DNA of 64,000 nucleotides from Octopus bimaculoides (lineage: Eukaryota), in the NCBI RefSeq assembly GCF_001194135.2, contig NC_068987.1:25305609-25369608 (forward strand), given 5' to 3'. The position numbers and the translations under genes were made by a program. Under the pieces are notes generated by a model. That model worked only from the letters and a program-made list of their open reading frames with translations. It made no database searches and was not told the origin of the DNA. Of this stretch, positions 12,729 to 25,860 are shown piece after piece (within the stretch, counting starts at the first letter, position 1; each line of letters opens with the position of its first letter).

Positions 12729-13262
12729 TATATTGCTCTCTATCAATACACAGTGTGCATTTGTGTATGAGTATGTGTGTATGTGCAGAGTGGTGCATGT
12801 CTATGTTCATATGTACAAATGCATACACTCATACGCACATATATGTGTGCGCCTATACAGATAAGTTGAAGAATACACACACCACAGAAATAGGTATGTA
12901 CACACAGAAACTGAGATCCCAGTTGTTGTCAGTAGTATATGAGAAAACAGACAGTGCAACTACCACAATCTCCTAAAAAAGAAGAGCATGTTATATTTTA
13001 CATAATGTAGGCCATGTTGTTACGTCATGGTGCTGATTACACGTGGTTCGTTACTGTTTTAGCTTGGTGGTAATTAATTCCAGAGCTGCAGCAAGACTAT
13101 ACGGCCGGCGGTGTGTGTATGTGTGTGTGTGTGTAAGTGTGTGTATTTTTATACCTACACTTGCATATGAATGCACATATATGTATGTATGTGTGTGTGT
13201 AAATAAAATTGTACATATTTATGCATATATATTCATATATGCTTGTATACAGATACACACGT

Positions 13263-13479
13263 ATGTAGATAGATAGATAGATAGATAGATAGGTAGGTAG
13301 ATAGGTAGGTAGATAGATTGATAGATAGGTAGATTGATAGATAGGTAGATTGATAGATAGGTAGATTGATAGATAGGTAGATTGATAGATAGGTAGATTG
13401 ATAGATAGGTAGATTGATAGATAGGTAGATAGATAGGTAGATTGATAGATAGATAGATAGGTAGATTGATAGATAGATA
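13263..13479. repeat. (AGAT)n-derived minisatellite, 16-bp unit AGATTGATAGATAGGT
   Basis: Unit is visible repeated about 8 times before gap 13480-13609. Confidence 0.9.
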
Positions 13480-13609
13480 NNNNNNNNNNNNNNNNNNNNN
13501 NNNNNNNNNNNNNNNNNNNNNNNNNNNNNNNNNNNNNNNNNNNNNNNNNNNNNNNNNNNNNNNNNNNNNNNNNNNNNNNNNNNNNNNNNNNNNNNNNNNN
13601 NNNNNNNNN

Positions 13610-13664
<55 letters not shown>

Positions 13665-15898
13665 ATGGTTCATCTCCTTTTTAAAAAGTCGGAGGTGAAT
13701 GGATGTTGCAGTACAAACTGAAATGTTCCTTGCCTTTTACTTTTAATTATATACCATGCCTTGTTTAAGTGATGACTCAAGAGATTTAACAATCATATTG
13801 AAGTTGAGAGATAGCGAAAAGAAAAAGGAAGAGAATTAGAAAAAGGTAGCAAGGAAAAAGCACTACGATGTCAATATAACTGAAAACAAAGATTTAAAAA
13901 AAATTCATAGTCTCTTTCTTAGGTTTACAGTTGCCTCACTTTGTAGCCTTTGTTACAGATCTTTCGTACTCCACGTGGTTATTTGCATGTTGGAAAGCAA
14001 GTATGACAGTCACTGTGTAGTTGGGTTGTTGGTGTTGGTGGTGTTGTGTAAGCCTTAAGTGAGTCTCGATCGAGCAGACCTTTCACACCTTTATTGAAAG
14101 ATGTTTTGGCCGTGTTTATTCTGCCTATTTTGCATATCTACGTCGAGGTGAACCAAACCAGTCCTGGGTATAACTTTGAGCTTTATCCAGTGGTGGTGTC
14201 CTCGTCCGGGAGTTCCAAGGTTTTGAGGAGTGTGGAACCACCTCTTAGCCACTATTGTTCCCAAGTCTGCACTGACTCAGAGTAGTAGTAACACCTGTTA
14301 GGGACTTAAGTCTGGGTCAATTAGCTTATTGGGTCTTCCCTACCTACGCATGTGACGACTGGATCCGGTGGACATAGCGAGGGCAACCTTCGTGGTTCAA
14401 CTGAAGCTAAAGTGGATACAGTAATACATTGTGAAGTGCAGACAGCAAGTAAGACATCTTGGTCATCCACTGCATTATTGCATCTGTCCCCATCCTCAGT
14501 TGTCTTAGCCTGATTTTGCTTCTGGAAAAACAATGCTCACAAACAAGAGAGCGAGGTTGACATTGCGCAACTCTTCACTTTTAACTTTTTAAGTAGTGCA
14601 GCCCACCTGAATATGAGCCATGTCTCATGAAACCCGTTTTCCGAAAAAGGTAGCCCATGCCTGATCTAAATAGTGAATTGTCAGTCTACTTTAACGGTTT
14701 CTAGGTTTCAATAATAATTCTCATTGCTCTGTTGTGTTATTGGTCAGTCTCATGTTCTGTCCCATGGACTGTTTCATGTTCTATTCATCTGGTTGCTGAG
14801 CCAGTAAGAACGAGAGATCAACGCAGGAATTGTTACATGAAAATAGAAACATTTACTGGCATACGTTTTTTGCATTCAGTATTTGTTCTTAGTTTCGAAT
14901 TTGTTTAATCGTGATCTGATTGTCGTCGGGTTTACGTATTACAATTAAAACTATAACCTGGGTTCTTAACTCATTTAATTATATATTTCACAATGGGCTG
15001 AGACTTTCGAGTTCCTCGCTCACAATTTCTTATTCATGTTTCGCCATAAGTGAGATGGAAATTCAATTTACTTTTAACCTCGCCATGGCCTGGAAATATA
15101 ACCATGGATATATTATGAGGAACAATACTATCAAGATTGGTAGTCACACAAACTATTGCAAAGACCCAATCTTCGAGATCACTTATCTGTCATAAATAAA
15201 GATGAATATTGTTTGTTTAGCTTCTGTTCAACCCTGACTGATCAAAGATCTGCTTAATCAGAGCTCACCTGGGATTAAACTACCAATACAGCTTCCTACC
15301 TGTATTGGTTGTTTAATAAAAGCCAATGAAATTCATAAACAATCATAACTTGCTTTAGATTAACATATATATCATAGCCATGCCCTTTATTTTGTAGGAT
15401 GTGTAGATCTAAAACTACGTTATTCAGGGTGCCTTGCTTTTTAGATAGTAGAGAGTAATTTGATTTGAGGAAGATTCGGTTGATATTCATTGTAGCTCAA
15501 GCATACTACGTAGCGACCCTTTCGTTAGCTCTTTGTAACGACGACGATGATGATATAGAATACTCGCGACTTAGTAATTATAGTTATTTCTCACATTGGC
15601 GCAACACAACACAAATGTGGTGGAATAATCAATGAAATCAACTAAACATTATTAATCGTTTTAGTGATGAAAACAATGTAAAGAATTCATTCTAGTGGAA
15701 AAGAAAAGATAGTACGTCGCTACTGCTTCATATTATTCACGAAAGAAGAATGAAAGGTGAAATAGATTTTGGCGTGGTTTGAACTCAGACCGTAAAGAGC
15801 CAGAACAAATACTGCAAGTAGTTTTTTTTTTTCTGATACTCTAACGATTCTAGGTATGCATCGTGCTCTGCCGACTTAAAAATAATTACTATCATATG

Positions 15899-16281
15899 AG
15901 TGGAGGTGCAATGGCCCAGTGGTTAGGGCAGCGGACTCGCGGTTATAGGATCGCGGTTTCGATTCCCAGACCGGGCGTTGTGAGTGTTTATTGAGCGAAA
16001 ACACCTAAAAGCTCCACGGGGCTCCGGCAGAGGATGGTGGTGAACCCTGCTGTACACTTTCACCACAACTTTCTCTCACTTTTACTTCCTGTTTCTGTTG
16101 TGCCTGTAATTCAAAGGGTCAGCCTTGTCACACTGTGTCACGCTGAATATCCCCGAGAACTACGTTATGAGTACACGTGTCAGTGGTGTGCTCAGCCACT
16201 TGCACTTTAATTTCACGAGCAGGCTGTTCCGCTGATCGGATCAACTGGAACCCTCGACGTCGTAAGCGACGGAGTGCCAAC
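15899..16281 (+). mobile_element. tRNA-derived SINE, family C, full length, RTE-like 3' tail
   Basis: GGAGGTGCAATGGCCCAGTGGTTAGG (A box), GGTTTCGATTCCC (B box), and an end at GACGGAGTGCCAAC. Perfect 11-bp TSD ACTATCATATG (15888-15898 and 16282-16292). Confidence 0.93.
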
Positions 16282-16639
16282 ACTATCATATGCTCAAGCT
16301 CAAAAATTTGACTCGAGGGGAACAGGGAATCAGATCGATCTCAATACTTGACTGATAATTTTATTTTATCTATCTCGGAAGGATGAAAGCTGAAGTAGAC
16401 GAGATTGAATGTAAAGAACGAAGTAATACAGCAAGACTTTTTTTTTATCGTCTCTCTAACGATTCTGCCATTGCACTGCTCTCTACCCTCTTAGCAATCA
16501 TATCCTGATATATAAAAATGAATGTTCCAAGTTGTAAGCCAGAGTTTTATACGATTATAGTTGAAAGTTTTTCAAAAGGACAAATCTTTTCATGTGATAA
16601 TCGCGTCTTCGTTATACATCTATATATTTATTTATCTAT

Positions 16640-16955
16640 TCCGGCTTTACGTTCAGAGTTCAAATGCTGCCTAGGTCGACTTTCCTATCATTTCGGGGTA
16701 CATAAAATGAATACCAGTTGCGCATTGAGGTCAATATAATCGATTAGACTCCCCTCTAAATAATATAGGCACAAGGCCTGAAATCTTTATTAGCAGCATT
16801 TCGTCCGTCTTTATGTTCTGAGTTCCGCCGAGATCGACTTTGCCTTCCATCTTCTCGGAGTTGATAAAATAATTACAACGAGGTCGATGAAATCGACTTG
16901 CTGCTCACCACCCACTTAAATTTCAAGCCTCGTGCCTAGAGTAGAAAGGATTATT
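16640..16955 (+). mobile_element. two degenerate 5'-truncated family A SINEs
   Basis: Two cores (GCCTAGGTCGACTTTCC; CCGAGATCGACTTTGCCTTCCATC), with the second tail ending GTAGAAAGGATTATTTATTT. Confidence 0.65.
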
Positions 16956-17039
16956 TATTTATTTATTTATTTTGCATATCTTGAACTCTCTGAAATTCTT
17001 TTGAAGCAACAAATCCGGATCAAATTTTATTGTTTTACT

Positions 17040-17260
17040 TGTTTCAGCGTTTTTTTTTTTTTTTACTGTATCCATGTTGGAACACTGCCTTAAACGGTTT
17101 TAGTCGAACAAATTGACCCTAGGACTTATTATTTTAAGCCTAGTTCTTATTCTATCGGTCATTTCTACTGAACCGCTAAGTTACGCGAACTTAATCACAA
17201 CATGGATTGCTAAGCAGTGATGATGGTGGTGGTGGGGGCAAACACAGACACAAAGATATA
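17040..17260 (-). mobile_element. family B SINE 3' half
   Basis: GAACCGCTAAGTTACG and TTTAGTCGAACAAATTGACCCTAGGACTTATT match 46527-46715. Confidence 0.7.
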
Positions 17261-17988
17261 CACACACACATATACATATATACACATATACATAATATAA
17301 TATCATTATACACACACACACACACANNNNNNNNNNNNNNNNNNNNNNNNNNNNNNNNNNNNNNNNNNNNNNNNNNNNNNNNNNNNNNNNNNNNNNNNNN
17401 NNNNNNNNNNNNNNNNNNNNNNNNNNNNNNNNNNNNNNNNNNNNNNNNNNNNNNNNNNNNNNNNNNNNNNNNNNNNNNNNNNNNNNNNNNNNNNNNNNNN
17501 NNNNNNNNNNNNNNNNNNNNNNNNNNNNNNNNNNNNNNNNNNNNNNNNNNNNNNNNNNNNNNNNNNNNNNNNNNNNNNNNNNNNNNNNNNNNNNNNNNNN
17601 NNNNNNNNNNNNNNNNNNNNNNNNNNNNNNNNNNNNNNNNNNNNNNNNNNNNNNNNNNNNNNNNNNNNNNNNNNNNNNNNNNNNNNNNNNNNNNNNNNNN
17701 NNNNNNNNNNNNNNNNNNNNNNNNNNNNNNNNNNNAAATTAAATACGATTTTTCAACATATAATATTGTTTGAAATAGATTAAAAATTCCTTTCTTGGTC
17801 GAGTAATACAAGTTTATACATTGACGTTGTTGCATGTCCTTGACTATATTACAGCACAATTGAATCTATGAATGACATTTGATACGAACTTTACCCAACG
17901 TATTTTAATGTCATCAACTGGTGACTGTATCGCATTCTCAGGTCAGCTGATCGCTATGTGACTCTTCTCTGTAATTTAAAGAAGCCCG

Positions 17989-18037
<49 letters not shown>

Positions 18038-19029
18038 CACGCCAAGGCAAAGCAATGAAACACGTTACACGCACGCTGATGTGTGTGTAACAAGTCTTGA
18101 CTCTGCGTAATAATTGTAAACGAGTGCCACCACGCAAGCGGTGTCCTTTGTTTCCAGAGGACTTGTGAAAGCACAGTACCTTTTGCGCAGTTAATATAAA
18201 CATTTAGCCATGTCAGTGCGTGTATGAATATGAGTGTAAATGAATGCTACTTAAAAGAATTGCTAATTTATTTGTAAAGTATTTTAATGACATCAACACT
18301 AAAACAAATTTGAGGGGCATCACCACTCATCTTACCAGTACTGAGGTAACATACAATACAATTCCTTGCGAATCGATATAAGGCAAAGACCGAGTTAGCG
18401 ATACTATTTGTCTTTTAGAGACAGCGGTCAGCTGCTGAAAAGCGACATTGGCTTGTCTGTCCTCATGTAGACACCAGTGAGTCTGGGTTTGAGACGTACG
18501 GCCTTGGCGCGACATTAGTTTAGGAACGTGTGCTCTAATGGTGAGTATTCTGCTATCTGGCTTGACTGGGGGCCGCCTAGTGTGATGATGGCGATGATGT
18601 ATACATGTTTGTGAGTGGGTTATTAAAAAGTGCATTTTGCGCACTACTTATGAAATCATATTATATGCAGCTGAGTCTGGTTTTAAAAGGCTCGCTTCGA
18701 GAGTTGCATTCCCTTGCGTTCGGTACAATGTGTTTATTAAGAGTCCCTCCTAGCGTGAGGCAATTATGTATGGTAATGCCCTTAATATAATATATTGTTT
18801 CATATAGTACACTGTTCACGTTTTGTCACAGACTGCTTGAAGCTTACAAACTTCCTACACATGGATCCCTGGATCTTACCCTTGTATTATGATTATATAT
18901 ATAAAGCTTGGTCGTTGTCGTCAAGCTGATACGATCTGGTAGCTTGTACCGTACTTTCGCTAATTATCCTAAGTGTTTCTGTAGTCTCGAGCAGACATGA
19001 CCATTCTCTCGAACGTCCCCTCCACCACT

Positions 19030-19230
19030 CATGACCTAGCGGAACATCAAGGATGTGAGAGCTAGAGGGTGAGATGCTGTACCGGCCTTGTACTCCTTTT
19101 TAGTTAAGTAGAATGGCGCAACATGAAATGATGCGCCTTGTTCTAGGACACAACGCGCCACTCTGTTCAGAGATCCAACCCCCGACATTACGATCACTAT
19201 CTCAAAGCAGTAACCACTAGGCGACGAGCC
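19030..19230 (-). mobile_element. degenerate tRNA-headed SINE with family D-like core
   Basis: Reverse complement reads GGCTCGTCGCCTAGTGGTTA...GCGTTGTGTCCTAGAACAAGGCGCATCATTTCATGTTGCGCCA. Confidence 0.5.
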
Positions 19231-19781
19231 TTCAAATATATACATTGTCATCCAGGCAAACATGCACACACATTCACACACGCATAAGAGTAATGTTAAA
19301 GTGTAGTCTCAACTTGTTTTACTACATCAACTATGCTGTTACTATCAAGTTTTCATGCGACAGTCTTCCTTGAGTATTTTCTCCTCCGTTATTCTATTAA
19401 TTTATAAGGCGCTCTATGTTCATTCACTCGACTCTTTTATACTTCTTTAGCTATTCTAAAATCTGTAGCAGTATTTAAACTATATGTGGCTGATGATGTC
19501 TAATAAGACTAAAAAATGTCGCGAGTTGTCACCTTATTGCTAGAAATTAGACTTGCGCCCCTTTGCATTCCATATTTAATTTTAGTTATATTTTGGGAAT
19601 TGTCTTTCCCGCGTTATTTATTTATTCAACCACAATTAATCTTTTCGATTATGATTGTTTCTCATCACGAAGGCTGTGATTGAAATTAATTATTTCTCTC
19701 ATCAAATGTGTTGCCACCTAATTTACATTTGATACATGCCTCTGTGAAAGAGTGTATATATGCATGGGTTTATGTATACAG

Positions 19782-19824
<43 letters not shown>

Positions 19825-19859
19825 GTGTATGAATGAATGTATGCATGTAGGTAGGTAAG

Positions 19860-19929
<70 letters not shown>

Positions 19930-21158
19930 TGTTTAATCTCATCTTGTATCTAGTGACCTTCTGCTCACCTCAGCTCGCACAGCGAGAAGGAATGTTTGCT
20001 GTAAAACATGTTTCTATTAAATTATAACGAAGTGGCTGGTGGGAAGTGACAGTTAGCTTGCTAGCTAGCATAGGTAGACACGATACAACAGTAACAACAA
20101 AACACACGTTCACTGCTCTTCATCGCTTTCATTTCCTACCAGATTTGTCATCAGTATACAACTAAGGTGTATGGCAAAATCAGTAGAGCACTCAAAATAT
20201 TCATTTACCTCCCTTTACTGTCAAGTCTCACTGTGGTCGACTTCGTGGTTCATCCTTTTGAGATTGTTGTTTAGTCTTCAGATCTTGCTTAGGTCAACAG
20301 CGGAATCGTTCGAACGTCTGAAAAGTGTCTTGCAGGATTGGTTCAGGCACTTTACATACATCATATTATGGACCAAAAATAATTTGTTATAACTGGAGTT
20401 ACACCAGTGTTGAAAGGTTGAGAAAAAAAAATCATTAGCGTTAATGACAATTTTTATCAAAACAGACAACGGTGACAAATCGGATATTCTAATGAATTAA
20501 ACATTAAATAGCAACATTAAGAGTTTGTGATGTAATGTGAAAATAACTCTGGATATGTTACAGACTTAGATCTCCTAATAAAAACAGTTTTACAAAAAGC
20601 AGATAGATTGATATTTGTATTGCGCAATATGATATTTGGGAAGGCTGGCAATTGGTACAACTGCTACAAATCGTAAGAAAAGCGAGGAAAGAAATTCCTT
20701 AACTTAAAGCATCTATATTCAGAATGTCAGACTTTACATAATAATTGGCGTAGAATAGAGGAAGGAAATCAATGGCAAGCAACAGGTGGAATTGTGTAAA
20801 GACTGCTGGTAGGTCAATATTGTAAATGTTATAGAATTTTAGAGCGCGCGCGCGAGTGTGCTTGAGGGGTGGGGTGTAGTGGATATGTCTTTTACTAGCT
20901 GTGGTGGGTATCGAGGTGTTACTCCATGCTTCTATTGCAGATTATTAATGTGTTAAAGAGTCAGGAAATTATGGCAACCGGCTTTAAACGTTTAATTAGT
21001 TTCTCGTTCTGGCAGACATTGTAAAAATGATGGAATGTATTATAAGGATATATGCCAAATTTGAAATCGGAGCTACAATACTAACCAATTATTTATGATA
21101 TTTTCAGTTTATTCATGCAGTTTCAGGATACCACTCCCACTGCCACCACAATTACTAA

Positions 21159-21198
<40 letters not shown>

Positions 21199-21384
21199 AA
21201 CAACAATAATAGGTTTTATATTGGACGGAAAAGCAGTAAATTAGGTGAAGCGGAAGAGCGCCGAACTAAATGCCTTATATAATTTCGTCTCCTACGTTTA
21301 TATTCTGAGTTCATATCGCCCCAGACTCGGACTTTTAAATAAAGCAGTCAAATTTCCCTGAAGCTACACTTTACTGTTTTAAAA

Positions 21385-21771
21385 TTGTTGTTGTTGGCAC
21401 TCCGTCGCTTACGACGTCGAGGGTTCCAGTTGATCCGATCAACAGAACAGCCTGCTCGTCAAATTAACATGCAAGTGGCTGAGCACTCCACAGACACGTG
21501 TACCCTTAACGTAGTTCTCGGGGATATTCAACGTGACACAGTATGACAAGGCTGACCCTTTGAATTACAGGCACAACAGAAACAGGAAGTAAGAATGAGA
21601 GAAAGCTGTGGTGGAAGAGTACAGCAGGGTTCGCCACCATCCGCTGCCGGGGCCTCGTGGAACTTTAGGTGTTTTCGCTCAATAAACACTCACAACGCCC
21701 TGTCTGGGAATCGAAACCACGATCCTATGACTGCGAGTCCGCTGCCCTAACCACTGGACCATTGCGCCTCC
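21385..21771 (-). mobile_element. family C SINE, full length
   Basis: Reverse complement of the 15899 element, with an (AAC)n tail. Perfect 12-bp TSD ACTGTTTTAAAA (21373-21384 and 21772-21783). Confidence 0.93.
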
Positions 21772-22072
21772 ACTGTTTTAAAACAGGAAGGGCACATCGT
21801 ACGACGTCGTCTTCAATATACAAAAAGAAAGAAAAAAATGATGAGATTGTGATGGGTAGAACACTTTCAATGAACGGTTTGCTCGATCATTTGAAGACAA
21901 GAATTCAGTCGTTCGATCAATTGAGTTGCTTGCTCATTGAATTAACATCTGAGTGAATGAATATTCCTCGAACACTTGTACCTTTAAAGTAATTCTTAGG
22001 CAGGGTCAGTGTGACACAGTGTGCACCAAGATTATACCTTTTTTGAATTACATGTACTATCAATTCGATGAG

Positions 22073-22397
22073 TAGAGGCGCAATGGCCCAGTGGTTAGGG
22101 CAGCAGACTCGCGGTCGGAGCATCGCTCTTTCGATTCTCAGACCGGGCGTTGTGTGTGTTTATTGAGCGAAAACACCTAAAGCTCCACAAGGCTCCAGCA
22201 GGGGGTTGGTGGCGACCCCTATTGTACTCTTTCGCCCCAACTTTCTTTCACTCTTTCTTCCGGTTTCTTGAGTAAAGCTGCGATGGACTGGCGGCCCGTC
22301 CTGCTGGGGGGTGGGGAACACACACGCCATAGAAACCGGGAAACCGGACCCATGAGCCTGGGTATGCTTTAAAAGGGCGCATAAATAAATAATAAAA
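22073..22397 (+). mobile_element. SINE with family C head/core but a different tail
   Basis: The first ~190 bp match family C. It then continues CTGCGATGGACTGGCGGCCCGTCC...CATAGAAACCGGGAAACCGGACCCATGAGCC with an A-rich end. Perfect 14-bp TSD ATCAATTCGATGAG (22059-22072 and 22398-22411). Confidence 0.9.
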
Positions 22398-22984
22398 ATC
22401 AATTCGATGAGCTTCTAGATAGCTCCCGTTTACTCAATTTCTCTCACAAGGTATGGGTCGGCCTAAAGAAATAAAAGAATAACGTTTGCTCAAGGTTCCA
22501 CAATGTGGGATCGAAATCGAGACTTTGTGGTTGTGATGCAAACTTCTTAACCATACGGCGCCTGAGTGATCTTATTACTCTGTAGATAACTTCAATAACT
22601 CCATTATAAATAAATAGCGGATAATTAGTTAATGTTTGGAATTGAGTACAGCTAACCTTTACATGAACGTCCATTAAGTTCATTTATCGTCCATTGTCAG
22701 CTTTATAGATTTTCCACCTCATTACAAAGTCTGTGCTGCTGCTACTTTTGTTGTTGTTGTTGGTAGTTGTAATAGTCGTTGTGGTGGTGGTGGTGGTGGT
22801 AGTAGTAGTAGTAGTATTTCTTGTAGTTGGTGGTGGTGTTGATGTTGATGTTAGTAGTAATAGTATTTCTTGTTGTTTCAACCCAGGTCAGCCCTACTTT
22901 CGATCAGATCTTTGATGGTCGAAGTCACTCCAGCTATGGCTATCCTGTCTGCTTTCGAACACTGTATACTGCAGATTATATTGC

Positions 22985-23243
22985 TTAACCCTTGCCTGTC
23001 CAAAGCATGGTCTGGTTGGAGACCCAGCCTTCCGAGTTCTTTTACGGGGCTTAGAAAAACTGAAGGACCGCTGCTTGTTTTCACACTTTTAGTTATCCCG
23101 TGTTTAATACCTTTGGAGTTATATACAGATTTCCGTTGATAAGTAGTTGAAAAAAATTGGGCATGTTTGTCATTTGTGATGCATGGACGCCAGGGAAATA
23201 TATCCAGTGCATCACGTGATACAAAAGACAGGCAACTGGCTAA
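22985..23243. mobile_element. piggyBac-like MITE (TTAA-CCCTTGCCTGTC ... GACAGGCAACTGG-CTAA) carrying a 68-bp insert
   Basis: Imperfect 12-13 bp TIRs with TTAA at the left end. The internal sequence is homologous to about 32181-32389. Confidence 0.55.
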
Positions 23244-23303
23244 GGTCTTTTCATACATTTTAAAAACTTGATGTGTTTCGAGGGAGACTCGGTTGTTGTT
23301 TCT

Positions 23304-23537
23304 TATTTCTTTATTGCCCACAAGGGGCTAAACATAGAAGGGACAAACAAGGACATACAAAGGGGTTAAGTCGATTACATCGACCCCAGTGTGTAGCTGG
23401 TACTTAATTTATCGACCCCGAAAGGATGAAAGGTAAAGTCGACCTCGGCGGAATTTGAACTCAGAACGTTACGGCAGACGAAATACCGGTAAGCATTTCG
23501 CCCGGCGTGCTAACGTTTCTGCCAGCTCGCCGCCTTA
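23304..23537 (-). mobile_element. family A SINE, young full-length copy, tail type A
   Basis: Intact head and core, with tail CCCTTTGTATGTCCTTGTTTGTCCCTTCTATGTTTAGCCCCTTGTGGGCAATAAAGAAATAAG. TSD is TCGGTTGYTGTTTCT, 14/15 identical (23289-23303 and 23538-23552). Confidence 0.92.
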
Positions 23538-23785
23538 TCGGTTGCTGTTTCTAGAATGCCGTGCAGCCATATAATGGCTCTCCTATTAGCTTGGGTCTGG
23601 TCTCACTGTGAAATTAGCCCCATGAGAAACTTTCCGTAGCTTCGGTTGTGAAATGAATTCGGCTGCTGTTTCTAGAAAGCCGTGCAACCAAACCATATAC
23701 TGGTCCCAATATTAGCTTGTGTCTGGTCTCACTGTGAAATTCACCCCATGAAAAAATTTTCTATAGCTTTGGTTACGAAATGAAC
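23538..23785. repeat. tandem duplication, ~121-127 bp x2
   Basis: Units start at 23538 and 23659. They share TGCTGTTTCTAGAA and ATTAGCTTG.GTCTGGTCTCACTGTGAAATT. Confidence 0.9.
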
Positions 23786-24224
23786 CCATTGATTTCGTGT
23801 TACTGTTCAAGATTCGCTTACCTCCCTTGACAAGTTGTTGGGATAAAGTTACTTCTTTAAATGAGAATGTGCCTAGTCACATAATCATTTGCATAATGGT
23901 ACAAGACTGACAGCTTGAAAATATTTACAAAATTTCCAACGCAGCGTGTGTTATGAACAGATAATGTATATAGTTATATCTATATGTATGTAATTTAGCA
24001 ACGAGACTAAATATAGATATGGCTCTCTATATTTATTCATAGCTCTGCGTTGGTAAGATACGAAGGCGGAGAATTAGCAGAATCGTTGGTGCATAGAACA
24101 GAACACTTTGCAGTATTCGTTCCGATGCTCTGAGTTCAAATCCTGTTGATGCCAACTTGGTTTTTCATTTATTCGATATCATTAAATGAAGTACCATTTC
24201 AATATTGAACTTTATTTTATTTTT

Positions 24225-24401
24225 TGCTGCGTGTATGTTGGGGAACCCTCTTGAAGGGTTTAGTCGAACAAATCAACCCGCATGCTTTTTAAAAGCTTGG
24301 TACATATTCTATCGACGTTCTTTGCCGAACCGCTACGTTACGGGGACACAAATAAACCAACAACGGTTGTCAAGTGATGGGGGAGGGTGGACACACAAGT
24401 A

Positions 24402-24457
<56 letters not shown>

Positions 24458-24590
24458 AGATGGTTTCCGTCTACCAAATTCACTCGCAAAGCATTGCCTT
24501 GCCCGAAACTGTAGTAGAAAACACCCAAGGTATCTCGCATTGTGACTGGACCCGAAATTACGTGGTTAAACAGCGAATTTCTTAACCACA
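24225..24590 (-). mobile_element. family B SINE, near full length, with internal (CA)n
   Basis: Tail (CCGAACCGCTACGTTACGGGGAC), an (AC)n tract, and head (GATGGTTTCCGTCTACCAAATTCACTC ... TTCTTAACCAC). Confidence 0.8.
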
Positions 24591-25422
24591 TTGTTATGAT
24601 TTCACCTGTTTGCTTTTCACAAGATCAACATTCTGCTTTATTTCAATATAATTTTTCTTTCGAAATACTTTTTGTTGTTGCTTCGACTCGAACCAACCCT
24701 TATCGAACAGAACTAGGATCAAAAGCATTACAGCCACGGTTCTTTTGCCGAACCGTTTGTCAAACGGTGATAGGGGAACAAAACCATTCATAAGGCTTTG
24801 GTCAGCCCGAGGGTACAGTAGAAGACACTTGTCCGAGGTACCACGCAATGGGAGATAATTTATTTTTAGAACTGCATTGTACGCTAGGTGTGAAAGGCTG
24901 GATCTAACTCTAACCCTAACCATAAAACAAGTAGAATCTTTAGGCCATATGTAGCCGGTTTAAATGTTAAAGAGTTGAAGAAGATTTAGGCTATATTTCT
25001 TGTATGCTGACCATGTAGAGGCTTCAGAGAAGTATTAGATGCATACTGGGTCTATTATTGACAGGGTTGTCTTTCACGTTGGTTAAAATGAAATCATCAA
25101 TTGATGACCAGTAAAATTATTTTACCACATAGCCAGGTACCATCTCCGACTAGCAGTCAAAGGGTGCTCTTACTCAACGTTGACGACCAACAATTCTGCA
25201 TTTTTAGATCCGGGTTCAGAACAAGGTTTGTCAATATAGCGTTGTTGCAACAGTTGATTTATTACTTCAAAAGATTTATTCATTACTTAAAAAGACGACT
25301 CACCGTCGTGATATTCAAGGTGTCTTCTTGTTACCAGACATTATCACGTCCTCGGTGTTTATTGGTGAACCGGTCGAGTAGATTCAGCTAAGTATATTGA
25401 AACTTACGTAAAAAGTTAAACG

Positions 25423-25503
<81 letters not shown>

Positions 25504-25677
25504 CCTCTTTCTGTCAATCTGACTTTTTCTCTCTCATTCACTCTCTTAGTATATTTTCTCTTTCTTTTTGCCCTTCTCTCTCGTTCTATTTATGTTAAGT
25601 GCAAAATCCGATTGCAGTAGTGAGAGGTAGGTATGTACCACAGTGGTCTGATGTTTCATTGGTATACATAGTTTATC

Positions 25678-25860
25678 TTTTACTTGTTTCAGTCACTGCT
25701 CTGCGGCCGTGCTAGGACACCGCCTTGGAAGTTTTAGTTGAGGAAATCGATTCCAGTACTTACTTTTATATTTCAAGTCTAGTATTAATCTTATCCGTCT
25801 CAATGCCGAACCGCTAAATTACGGGAGCAAACAAACCAGTATCGGTTGTCAAGCAGTGGT
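25678..25860 (-). mobile_element. family B SINE 3' half
   Basis: TTTTACTTGTTTCAGTCA...GCCGAACCGCTAAATTACGGG...TCGGTTGTCAAGC. Confidence 0.7.

Noticed and set aside
15215-15280. Possible inverted fusion of two short repeat fragments
   Set aside because: The arms are only about 60 percent complementary, too weak to call.
15899-15975. tRNA-like sequences with A and B boxes at SINE 5' ends
   Set aside because: They are SINE heads that continue directly into SINE bodies with TSDs. No complete cloverleaf was seen.
25303-25388. Minus-strand 84-nt segment between an AG and a strong GTGAGT donor
   Set aside because: Stops occur in all three frames. It shows that splice-like pairs arise by chance in this window.
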